Shown here one piece after another: positions 10,278 to 19,582 of a DNA stretch of 64,000 nucleotides (its first letter is position 1; every line of letters begins with the position of its first letter). The notes under the pieces are model-generated. The model was not told the DNA's origin, did not search any database, and saw nothing but the letters and a program-made list of their open reading frames with translations. Both the position numbers and the translations under genes were made by a program. This DNA is from Candidatus Heimdallarchaeota archaeon (GTDB lineage Archaea > Asgardarchaeota > Heimdallarchaeia > Hodarchaeales > Hodarchaeaceae): the NCBI GenBank assembly GCA_011364965.1, contig RDOB01000002.1:320001-384000 (forward strand), read 5' to 3'.

Positions 10278-11462
10278 ATGTCACTAAATACTCCGATATA
10301 CGCAATATTGCACGCTTATCAACCTGCTAATCAAAATTTGAAAATTTTGGATCGTATTGTAAATTTATGTTATTTACCTATTGCAAAATTATTAGAACAG
10401 AACGCAGACTTCAGAATTACCCTCAATTTCAACGCTAGTCTATCTGAACTACTTGAATTTGAATACCCGCAGGTAATTGAAAAATATATAGAATTAGCGA
10501 GACATAAACAAATAGAATTTCTAGATTCTGGAGCATACCATCCAATATTACCGCTTTTATCTCCGAAAGAAGTTGAACTGCAGATAAAACTGAACAACGA
10601 GATTAATTCCCGGATTTTCGGACCAATTTGGAACCCAATCGGGTTTTGGCCCCCAGAATTAGCAGTTTCAACTGAAACTGCAGCTTTAGTCGAGCAGATT
10701 GGATACAAATACATGATTATACCTGAAATTTCAATTTCTACTTCCAATCCACCCAACCCACTCTATGATACTCTACTGGTTCATTCTTCTGCCCCCAATC
10801 TTGCTTTAATTAACAGAAATCGCGAAGTTTCAAATAATATCTCATTTAAAGGATATTCCACTATTAGAGATTTCACTTCTCGTGTTCAATTTTTTCAGAA
10901 ACAGCAACCTAAAGGAAATTTAATAATTGCTTCAGATTTAGAAACCTTTGGAGAACATCATTTAGAATATTATAAATTTCTAATTGAAATTTTATCGATA
11001 TGCGAGCCTCATATGTGCTCTGAACTCTTAAACCTGCCAGTTAAAAATATAAAGAATTTCAGAAGTAGTAGCTGGTCTACTTCAGAAGAAGACCTTTATC
11101 GTAATATTCCATTTCCTTTATGGGCATATCCAGGTAATTCTATACATCAGCTTCTAAATTTCCATTCTGACCTCCTTTCAGAAAGTTTAAGATATCTCCT
11201 CGAAAAAAAAGATGAAACAGATTACGATGTTAAGATTGCTCTTAAGGCTGCAGCTAAAGCTCAATATTCATGTCAACAATGGTGGGCGTCCATAAAAGAT
11301 CATTTCAGTAAGAACTTAATTATAAAAGGTATTCAAGAGCAAAGAAAGGCTTTAGAACTAATTCTAAACGCTTTAGGAAATGAAGGTAACTATTCTCTCA
11401 TCATAGGAGTATCTGATCGAACTTTGCATCGATTGGAAGGTTACCTTTCGCGTATTCGATAG
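10278..11462 (+). CDS. Glycoside hydrolase family 57
   Basis: HAYQP, YHPILPLL, GFWPPELAVS, DLETFGEH. Confidence 0.92.
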   Translation: MSLNTPIYAILHAYQPANQNLKILDRIVNLCYLPIAKLLEQNADFRITLNFNASLSELLEFEYPQVIEKYIELARHKQIEFLDSGAYHPILPLLSPKEVELQIKLNNEINSRIFGPIWNPIGFWPPELAVSTETAALVEQIGYKYMIIPEISISTSNPPNPLYDTLLVHSSAPNLALINRNREVSNNISFKGYSTIRDFTSRVQFFQKQQPKGNLIIASDLETFGEHHLEYYKFLIEILSICEPHMCSELLNLPVKNIKNFRSSSWSTSEEDLYRNIPFPLWAYPGNSIHQLLNFHSDLLSESLRYLLEKKDETDYDVKIALKAAAKAQYSCQQWWASIKDHFSKNLIIKGIQEQRKALELILNALGNEGNYSLIIGVSDRTLHRLEGYLSRIR

Positions 11463-11484
11463 ATAAAGGGATTATTGATAAAGA

Positions 11485-12825
11485 TTGAAAGCTCAACAAA
11501 TTTTAAAAGATCTTATTGCTTTTGAATCGGTTAATAATCCGCAGAATGGTTGCTATCCAAGTTCTGACATTTTGGACTATATTATTGATCTTCTCACCTC
11601 GTGGAATAGCGATATTGAAGTTAAAAAATTTTCTAGCAATAAATATTCCTCAATTTATGCATTTAACCCGTTGAGAAAAGCGAGTAAAGTGCTTTTTATG
11701 GGTCATTTAGATGTTGTTCCTGTTTCAAATGGGTGGAACACAAATCCTTTTATTTTACATATTGATTCAGATCGCGCGTATGGTAGAGGGACAAAAGATT
11801 GTAAAGGATCTGTACTTTCCTCACTATTGGCATATAAATCACTTTGCGAAGAAAATAATACAAATATTAGTTCCTTGGGCTTTTTTCTTTCAACTGATGA
11901 AGAAACAGGAGGAACGCATGGAGCTAAGGAGTTCTTCAACTATGCCAAAAAGAATAAAATCTTGCCTACTTATATATTGAACGTCGATGGAGGAGCTCAG
12001 GTTGTATATAAACGCAGAGCAGGGTTTGGAGTTAAAATAACTATCCCTCCTAATCTAAAAAGGATTTCTGGGAATAAAGAAACAATTATATGTAGCACAA
12101 ATATACTTGGAGATAATAATCGGCATAGCGCTTATTTTGTACGTGGGGCTGATAGGCATGCTGTGATATCCCTTTCTAAATTACTTCATGTTAATCCAGA
12201 CTGGCAAGTATCTCGAATCGATGGGTCATGGGTAAAGGGGAATGTGATACCAGATGATGCAGAGATTGATATTGTTAAACCCTCGAAGGAACTAAATTCA
12301 CAAGATTTCACTATCGATAATAATCTCACACAATTTCTTAGAATGCTCAAGTCCATAATATTGATTGAGCTCGATACTGATATAGTAAGTGACTTTGGGA
12401 TAACAGTTAATCCTAATATTTTGGAGTATGATGAATCAGTGGGATTGAAAGTCCATTTCGACGTTCGAGCATTTCTTTCATCGAGTTCTGTCTCCTCACT
12501 TATACAAGCTTTTGAGAAAAGATTAGGCACATTAACAGAAAAGTCACGAATTGAATGTTCAGGATCTTCAGGATACTTTCATACTCCAAAAGATAATATT
12601 CTTGTTAAAACAGCAAGTTCAGTTTTAAAGGAACATAATTTGCCATATTTGCCATGTGAACAGGAGGGAGCTTCTGATGCTCGGTATGCAAGTGAATTAG
12701 GAATTCCAGTCGTCGATATTGGACCCAAAGGAGGACATGTACATGGTAATGACGAATTTATAGATTTAAAATCAATGATTGAGTTTGGCGTTATATACAA
12801 GGAGATTATTGATAAGCTTGTCTAA
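11485..12825 (+). CDS. M20 family metallo-hydrolase (ArgE/DapE-like)
   Basis: GHLDVVP, GRGTKDCKG, DEETGG, GASDAR, HGNDE. Confidence 0.92.
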   Translation: MKAQQILKDLIAFESVNNPQNGCYPSSDILDYIIDLLTSWNSDIEVKKFSSNKYSSIYAFNPLRKASKVLFMGHLDVVPVSNGWNTNPFILHIDSDRAYGRGTKDCKGSVLSSLLAYKSLCEENNTNISSLGFFLSTDEETGGTHGAKEFFNYAKKNKILPTYILNVDGGAQVVYKRRAGFGVKITIPPNLKRISGNKETIICSTNILGDNNRHSAYFVRGADRHAVISLSKLLHVNPDWQVSRIDGSWVKGNVIPDDAEIDIVKPSKELNSQDFTIDNNLTQFLRMLKSIILIELDTDIVSDFGITVNPNILEYDESVGLKVHFDVRAFLSSSSVSSLIQAFEKRLGTLTEKSRIECSGSSGYFHTPKDNILVKTASSVLKEHNLPYLPCEQEGASDARYASELGIPVVDIGPKGGHVHGNDEFIDLKSMIEFGVIYKEIIDKLV

Positions 12826-12935
12826 AACTTGGCTTATATTGGAAATTAAGCTACACTACATAAGATTTTAATATAGTAGGATTATTAAAAAATAATAGGA
12901 TCCCCCTTTCAAGTTAAATTCGGTAAATTAGATTT

Positions 12936-13736
12936 GTGCGGACAAGTACGATGACTCTCGCAATCAATAGCATCTATAATATAGATTGTCGCGAAGGATT
13001 AAAGCAGATTGATAAAGAAAGTGTAGACCTACTTTTAACTGATCCACCGTTCGGAATTTCATTTGATAGAATGGGAACGCAGTATAATAGGAAACAGAAA
13101 AATCTAGGGGACTTATATACAGAGATTCCTCAAGAAGAATATTTTATTTTTACACTCTCTTGGTTAAGAGGAGTATGGGATGTTTTAAAACCTACTGGGA
13201 GCGGCTTTATCTTTTCTGGATGGAATAACCTTGGAGATATATTAAATGCGATTTCGGAAGTTGGATTTCGTCTTGTCAATCATATTATTTGGAAATATCA
13301 ATTTGGAGTCTATACTAAAAAAAAATACGTTACTTCTCATTATCACATTTTATATTTTACTAAACTTCCTTTAAATAAAGACCATTTAAGAACTTTTAAT
13401 CGGATTTCGGATTATTCTGTTTCCCTTGGTAAGCTTTACTTTGAGGATGTCTGGTTTATCAATCGTGACTACCAGAAGGGTGGAGAGAAAACTCCCACGC
13501 GCCTTCCTTTAGCTTTGACTGATAAATGCATAAGGATGGGTAGTGAGGAAGGAGATCTCGTTCTAGAGCCTTTCCTTGGTAGTGGAGCTGTTATACAGTC
13601 CTGTATGACATTTAATCGTCGATATATAGGGTTTGAAATAAGTCCAGAGATATTTCAGATCGCTAGAAATAGAATTGAAAAAACTAGAAATCACATCCAA
13701 AATAGAAATGGAACTTTGGAGAACTGGTTAAAATAA
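12936..13736 (+). CDS. Orphan beta-class N4/N6 DNA methyltransferase
   Basis: Catalytic DPPF precedes the SAM-binding LEPFLGSG and YIGFEI. Confidence 0.92.
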   Translation: MRTSTMTLAINSIYNIDCREGLKQIDKESVDLLLTDPPFGISFDRMGTQYNRKQKNLGDLYTEIPQEEYFIFTLSWLRGVWDVLKPTGSGFIFSGWNNLGDILNAISEVGFRLVNHIIWKYQFGVYTKKKYVTSHYHILYFTKLPLNKDHLRTFNRISDYSVSLGKLYFEDVWFINRDYQKGGEKTPTRLPLALTDKCIRMGSEEGDLVLEPFLGSGAVIQSCMTFNRRYIGFEISPEIFQIARNRIEKTRNHIQNRNGTLENWLK

Positions 13737-13872
13737 CAATAAGTTATCTTATTTTTAGTTATCTGGATGAAGCTTAGACGAAAAGAAGATTTTAAATTCG
13801 AAAATATAGGCGTAATTACATTCCTTAAATTCGATGTATAAATTATAAATATCTTAGTTGAGATGGTTTTCA

Positions 13873-14871
13873 ATGGTATTGTTAGTAACTGGTGGAACGG
13901 GGCTTGTAGGTAGCTTTTTGGTTGAAATACTGGCAAAAGATGAGAATTATCAAGGTTCGCGTGTAATTGTTCGAAATCAGGAAAGTGAACAATCCATCAG
14001 GAATTATGGTCTCATACCTGTTTATGCTGATTTAAATAATTTAGATACCTTGAAAACAGCGATCAAAGATGTAGATGGAGTATTAAATGTTGCATCATTA
14101 GCATCAGACACAGTTGGTTGGAATGATCTATTTCGAGTAAATGTAGAAGGCATGAAGAATCTTGTTACAGCATGTATGAAAGGTAATAATGATCCTTACA
14201 TGGCTCATGTTAGCAGTACTGGTGTCTATGGGCACTATATTCCAAAATATCCAATTGATGAATCCTATAAATTCAATCCTACAAGTATTTATCAAAAAAG
14301 TAAATATCTGCAAGAACAGGTTATTTGGGAAGCACATCATCAAGAGGGATGGGATAATTTTGGCATATTAAGGTCTCCTTCAGTTGTAGGACCCCGTGAT
14401 ACTAAGACAATGCTTCGCATATTTGAAGCTATTTATCAGAGGAAATTTCCAATATTTCGCAATGGTGTAAGTTATTTAACATTCATTCACCCTTATGACC
14501 TGAGTAAAGCGTTACTTCTTTTATATAAAGAAAAACCTCACGCTGAAGCGTTTAATCTAAAATCCTTTGAGTGTAAGCTAAAAGAATTGATGGATTACGT
14601 AATTATAAAAATAAATCCTCCAAAAGTTCCGAAGAAGATGAATTACCACTTGGTGTACGCGCTAGCAATATTTTCGGAAGCTTATACAAAAATTACAGGT
14701 CACGATACAACTTTGAACCGTTATCGAGTCAGTAAATTTGGACAATCGAGAAGATATATTGATACAAAAATTCGGTCTCTTGGATTTGAGCCTCAAAAGA
14801 CTATGAAGCAGACCATAGACGAAGCATTCGATTGGGCTGTTGAGAATGGATTATTTCCTCCTTCTAACTGA
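13873..14871 (+). CDS. NAD-dependent epimerase/dehydratase (extended SDR)
   Basis: TGGTGLVG, SSTGVYG, YQKSK, VVGPRD. ATG at 13873 preferred as start. Confidence 0.9.
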   Translation: MVLLVTGGTGLVGSFLVEILAKDENYQGSRVIVRNQESEQSIRNYGLIPVYADLNNLDTLKTAIKDVDGVLNVASLASDTVGWNDLFRVNVEGMKNLVTACMKGNNDPYMAHVSSTGVYGHYIPKYPIDESYKFNPTSIYQKSKYLQEQVIWEAHHQEGWDNFGILRSPSVVGPRDTKTMLRIFEAIYQRKFPIFRNGVSYLTFIHPYDLSKALLLLYKEKPHAEAFNLKSFECKLKELMDYVIIKINPPKVPKKMNYHLVYALAIFSEAYTKITGHDTTLNRYRVSKFGQSRRYIDTKIRSLGFEPQKTMKQTIDEAFDWAVENGLFPPSN

Positions 14872-15010
14872 GTTCTTAATATTGAATAATGTTTTGATGA
14901 ACTTATTTTCACATTTTTGCGAGAACTTCGAATTTCAAAACAAAGAAATATGTGAATAAAGAATAATTTTCTCGAACTAGTCTTTGAAATGTTTTGACAA
15001 TCACACTTGA

Positions 15011-15931
15011 ATGGGAAGATTATTGCAGGAAAATGATATTGATCCTTTTGTTAACGCAAAAATTCTTTTGATCGAGGATTCAAAAGATCACCAATTTTTG
15101 TTTATGCAAAAATTGAACAGTATAGGACTAACTAATATCATTGTTTGCGAAACAGGCGAGCAAGCTATTTATGAACTTGAAAATGACCCTGAATATTCAT
15201 TAATTGTCTCTGATTATAATCTTCCTGGAAAATCTGGAATAGATCTCATTAAAGAAATGAGAAATATGAAATTGGAAATTCCAATTATAATGATTACTGG
15301 ACTAGGATCCGAAAAAGTTGCTGTAGAGGCAATGAAGCTTGGTATCCAAGATTATATAACAAAAGAAGATTTTATAGCTTCTGATTCAGAAACCATAAAA
15401 GAAATTATTTTTAAAATTATGTTAGAATATCATACGAAACAGGAGCTTTTGCTTACTCGTCGTTTAAGAGCAAATCCTGATCGTATTTCAGTTTTTGTCT
15501 ACAGATTTGGTGAACGAGGCCCTGAGGTTTTTTTGCGAACTAAACTACCCTTTAATAAACTTTCAAGTTTAGAAGAAGAGAATTTTCTAATCAAGCTTGG
15601 AATTCATTATATGGCCGCTACAGGTTCAGGACATGAATATGCTACAGGATTGTACGAACTTCCAGTACCAGCTCACCCAAAATATCATGCTTTGGTCTAT
15701 GCTTTTCAAATGAAAGACTCTAATCCCAAGAGTTATCATTTAGAAAGCAAAGAGATGAATTATGGAATAATTGTGATTCTCTTTCCTGTTTTATTCCGTT
15801 CTATACTTCCACTTAGATCAATCATCGAAAATAAACTTGATAAATTAATGTATGAATATTCAGATATGCAGGAATTAGACTCTGAGTTGATTAGCAGAGT
15901 TAAATCAATTTTTATTCGTGTAGAAACTTAA
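15011..15931 (+). CDS. Response regulator: receiver domain plus C-terminal longin/uDENN-like domain
   Basis: Receiver residues intact (IEDS, SDYNLPG, MITG, YITK). C-terminal domain 'VFVYRFGERGPEVF...YAFQMKDS...YGIIVIL'. Confidence 0.85.
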   Translation: MGRLLQENDIDPFVNAKILLIEDSKDHQFLFMQKLNSIGLTNIIVCETGEQAIYELENDPEYSLIVSDYNLPGKSGIDLIKEMRNMKLEIPIIMITGLGSEKVAVEAMKLGIQDYITKEDFIASDSETIKEIIFKIMLEYHTKQELLLTRRLRANPDRISVFVYRFGERGPEVFLRTKLPFNKLSSLEEENFLIKLGIHYMAATGSGHEYATGLYELPVPAHPKYHALVYAFQMKDSNPKSYHLESKEMNYGIIVILFPVLFRSILPLRSIIENKLDKLMYEYSDMQELDSELISRVKSIFIRVET

Positions 15932-15954
15932 GGTTATATGATAGGGGAAACATA

Positions 15955-16641
15955 TCAAAGCTTTTCAATAATCTTCAGTAAATCTTTGCCAACAGCTGGA
16001 ATTATTGCCAATGGTTCATAATTTACTTTTTCTGTTGGTAAATCAAAAACCCCAGTTCTTACTAGAATGAATTGCTTAATATTTGCATTCTTTGCTGTCA
16101 ATAAATCAACCAAAGTATCGCCAATATAAACAACTTCCTTGATTTTCACATTTAAACGAGATATCGCTATATATAGAGGGATAGGAGATGGTTTCTTTAT
16201 TCCCAAACTTTTTGAATCAATAATTTCGTCGAAAAAGTGCAAAAAAGGCTCGAATCGTTTTTTTAATAAGCTTGGAGATCCATTTGTGACAATTCCTAAT
16301 AAAATTCCAGTTTTCTTGAGTTTTTTTAAAGTCGTTTCAACTTCAGGAAATGGATGTCTAACTGAATCCCACTTATAAAATTGAATCGTAATCTGAAGTA
16401 TTCCGATTAGAAAAGGAATCCAATTTAATTGAAAATCCGCTCGGACCCCACGAAAAAAATCCATATGAAACCAAGAGTATTTCTCCTTCAAATTATACAA
16501 ATACCCTAACCTTCGAAGATAAGCTCGAATTCTGAGAGGTGTGGGGTTTTTTAAAAATTTTTGAGCAATTAATTGCGGAAAAATTCTCAAAGAATTAACT
16601 AAAGTTCCATCTAAATCGAAAATTACAGCTTTCACTACCAT
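15955..16641 (-). CDS. HAD-superfamily hydrolase (phosphoglycolate phosphatase-like)
   Basis: FDLDGTLV, IVTN, KKPSP, YIGDTLVD. Confidence 0.92.
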   Translation of the reverse strand: MVVKAVIFDLDGTLVNSLRIFPQLIAQKFLKNPTPLRIRAYLRRLGYLYNLKEKYSWFHMDFFRGVRADFQLNWIPFLIGILQITIQFYKWDSVRHPFPEVETTLKKLKKTGILLGIVTNGSPSLLKKRFEPFLHFFDEIIDSKSLGIKKPSPIPLYIAISRLNVKIKEVVYIGDTLVDLLTAKNANIKQFILVRTGVFDLPTEKVNYEPLAIIPAVGKDLLKIIEKL

Positions 16642-16762
16642 TTTTTCAGCTTCTAATTAATCAGTTTTATTAAATTCCTGTTAAAAAAATCGCAACAAAG
16701 TAAAAACATAATTTTAACACAACACGCTATAGACATTAAGAAGCTTCTATTAGTTCTTCACG

Positions 16763-17704
16763 GTGATTCGAATCGTAATTCTAGGTCTGAATAAAAAACC
16801 ATACATACTTTCTCCCCTTGCTTCGATTACTATTCCTCCATTTCGCGGATTATGTGCAGAATTAGGTGCAGATGTTACTGTTTCCGAAATGACTTTTGCT
16901 CGGAGTATTTTATGTCAAAATCCTAGATCACTCAAAAGGATACAAAAGCACCCATCTGAAAAGCTCTTTGGAATTCAGCTGCTTACTAATAGTTCGGAAG
17001 ATTTAAAAGGAGCTATAGAGCGAATTGAGAGAAATAAGCTCAGTGATTTCATAGAACTTAATCTAGGATGCCCAAAAGCAAGAATAATAAATTCAAATTT
17101 AGGATCCAGTCTTCTCAAGAATAAGAATAAAAAGATACTGATAAATTTGCTTCAAATTGGGGGAAGCACTTGCTCAATTCCCTTTGCTTTAAAAATACGA
17201 GCTGGTTATTCAAAAAAAGTTTACAAATCAGTATTAAGGCTTGCAGAAAAATACAATATTGCTTTCATTACTTTTCATGCTCGCTTGGGGGTAGATACTT
17301 ATAAAATTCCTGCAAATCCGAAATTTTGGGCCGAAACCAAAAACATTAGTTCAATCCCAATCATAGCAAACGGTGATGTATATCATCGTCATCAAGCAGA
17401 AGAAATTCTCGGGAAGCTAAATTTAGATGGAGTTGCAATTGGTAGAGGAGCTCGAGGAAACCCACAAATTTTTAGCTCAACCCCCCAATTAGATACTTTG
17501 GAGATTTATGAGAGATTCATTGAATATTTACAAACCAGTGATTACTTTACACTCTTCAATTTAAAATTGCATTCTGCTGATATTCTTAAAAATTACCGAT
17601 TTTCCGCTCAAGCACGCAAAAAACTTATGAATCTAAATGACATGGAAGAAATTATAAAATATACCAAGAATCAATTGATTTCAAAGTCTTATTCAGAAGA
17701 ATAG
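16763..17704 (+). CDS. tRNA-dihydrouridine synthase family
   Basis: ELNLGCP, LKIRAG, TFHAR, IANGDV, IGRGARGNP. Confidence 0.9.
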   Translation: MIRIVILGLNKKPYILSPLASITIPPFRGLCAELGADVTVSEMTFARSILCQNPRSLKRIQKHPSEKLFGIQLLTNSSEDLKGAIERIERNKLSDFIELNLGCPKARIINSNLGSSLLKNKNKKILINLLQIGGSTCSIPFALKIRAGYSKKVYKSVLRLAEKYNIAFITFHARLGVDTYKIPANPKFWAETKNISSIPIIANGDVYHRHQAEEILGKLNLDGVAIGRGARGNPQIFSSTPQLDTLEIYERFIEYLQTSDYFTLFNLKLHSADILKNYRFSAQARKKLMNLNDMEEIIKYTKNQLISKSYSEE

Positions 17705-17762
17705 GGTGTTTATAGCATTTCCACATGTTAAAGTCGATTAAAAAATTAGGAGCCAAATCTGA

Positions 17763-18944
17763 ATGCCAATCAATCTGAATCCCGAGGCTGCTGCTGAATG
17801 GGACAAATATCTAGAAGCAAATACGATTGAAGAGCAAATTATGCATTTAGAAAGGTTTTTAGGAGTTGTAGTAAAACATAAGGGAGTAGAGAACCATCTA
17901 CGTATGGCTAAGGGGAAATTAAAGAAATTAAAAGCCCAGCGAGCCAAATTAAAATTGCAGCAAGCAAAAACACGTTCAGGAGAGAGGTGGCTGGTACCTA
18001 AGGGAGAGGATGCTCAAATAGTTATAATAGGAACTGTTAATTCTGGTAGATCATCGATTCTTAATGCTTTATCTAAATCAGAAGCAGCTAAAATTGGAAC
18101 ATATCCTTTCACCACCGTGAGACCAGAAGTGGGTTCTATAACAGCTGCTGGGGCTCGCTTACAATTAGTGGAACTCCCAGCAATTGTTGATGGTAGTGCA
18201 CAGGGGGAGATGTCAGGTAAACTTGTATTAGCAGGAATAAGAAATGGAGACTGTGTGGTTATTGTTTTAGACTTATCAAAGGATCCTGTGGATCAATTAA
18301 AGCTGATTTTAAAGGAATTAAAAACAGGAAAGATAAGGCTAAACACCAAAAAACCTAATGTGACAATAGAAAAGGTTGGATCAGGTAGCATTCAAGTATT
18401 TAATTCTCATTTCTTTCAAGGTGAAGGTAAAGAAGCAATAATTGACATTCTGAGGGCAAAAGGATATACTAATGTTATAGTGAGATTCTATGATTCTACA
18501 TCTGTAGATCAATTTCTGGATGCTTTGGATTCTACTATTACCTACTTACCTGCAATTATCGTTGCGTCAAAAGGAGATTCAGAGGGGTCGAAAATGAATT
18601 ATGAAGAGCTTAAAAAATTCTTGGAAGACTCAAATCTTCAGATGCAGGTTCTTCCAACAAGCGCAGCGAGAAAAGAAGGAATTGATGGGTTAGAGGAAGT
18701 AATTTTTAGTCAGTTAGGAAAGATTAGAATATATACACGAAATGCAAATGGAGAGGTGGCCGAACGTCCCATTCTCCTGGATCAAGGAGCCATAGTAGAG
18801 GAAGCGATAGAAATCTTAAGCAAAAAAATGCTTAAATTCTTCCGATTTGCTCGAATATGGGGAAAATCAGCGAAATTTGATGGAGAAAAAGTTGGGTTAG
18901 AGCGTGAGCTTCTTGATGGCGATGTTATTCAGGTTTTTGCTTGA
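17763..18944 (+). CDS. DRG/Obg-family GTPase-like protein with TGS domain (altered G motifs)
   Basis: YPFTT (G2) and the TGS motif 'FARIWGKSAKFDGEKVGLERELLDGDVI'. G1 reads GTVNSGRS, G3 ELPA, G4 SKGD. Confidence 0.9.
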   Translation: MPINLNPEAAAEWDKYLEANTIEEQIMHLERFLGVVVKHKGVENHLRMAKGKLKKLKAQRAKLKLQQAKTRSGERWLVPKGEDAQIVIIGTVNSGRSSILNALSKSEAAKIGTYPFTTVRPEVGSITAAGARLQLVELPAIVDGSAQGEMSGKLVLAGIRNGDCVVIVLDLSKDPVDQLKLILKELKTGKIRLNTKKPNVTIEKVGSGSIQVFNSHFFQGEGKEAIIDILRAKGYTNVIVRFYDSTSVDQFLDALDSTITYLPAIIVASKGDSEGSKMNYEELKKFLEDSNLQMQVLPTSAARKEGIDGLEEVIFSQLGKIRIYTRNANGEVAERPILLDQGAIVEEAIEILSKKMLKFFRFARIWGKSAKFDGEKVGLERELLDGDVIQVFA

Positions 18945-18951
18945 TAAGCTT

Positions 18952-19521
18952 CTAGCCCTGTCCTTCTTTTTTAAATCTTTCTTGCAAACGTTCAATAAAT
19001 GAATAATATTCTTCTTCAATGATGTCAAAGTAAATTAAAAGTGGTTCTAAGACCTGTGAGATGTTTTTTCCTTTTTTACTGCTTTTAATGCCTTCTGGTA
19101 ATGAATCGTATTCTCCTTTAAGTCTTTTCAAGGCTTCATGCATTTCGGATATCATTTCAGCATTTTCTGTATAATTTTTATCCAAAATACTGATAAACGA
19201 ATATACGGAGTCTTTTTTTTCTGAATATTCATATTTATCCTTACTTGTGCCCTTTTTGGGAGTTCGAACAAGAGTTCGCTTAATTACGCCCCAATCCTCA
19301 AGTGTTTTTAGATTACGACTAATCGTGGAAACTGTTACGTTTAATTTTTCAGCTAGATCTCCTTGCTTAAATATTGTATCATGTCCAAAAATAAAAACTG
19401 TAAATAATCTTCCAAGCATCGGATTCTCATTAAACTCATGCATTAAATCCTCAAGTAAGTTACTAGCCCGTTCTTGAAGTCTATCAAGCTCTTTTGAGTC
19501 TTCCTGTATACCTGAGCTCAT
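18952..19521 (-). CDS. GbsR/MarR-like winged-helix regulator
   Basis: 'QGDLAEKLNVTVSTISRNLKTLEDWGVI' followed by a helical C-terminal part. Confidence 0.85.
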   Translation of the reverse strand: MSSGIQEDSKELDRLQERASNLLEDLMHEFNENPMLGRLFTVFIFGHDTIFKQGDLAEKLNVTVSTISRNLKTLEDWGVIKRTLVRTPKKGTSKDKYEYSEKKDSVYSFISILDKNYTENAEMISEMHEALKRLKGEYDSLPEGIKSSKKGKNISQVLEPLLIYFDIIEEEYYSFIERLQERFKKEGQG

Positions 19522-19582
19522 GGTTTTTATTCTCCAGTAAGTTATTACATAAAACTTCTATATAAATAAAATTCTTATAAAT

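Noticed and set aside
12936-13736. Restriction-modification system
   Set aside because: Neighbours are an M20 peptidase and an SDR; no endonuclease is present.
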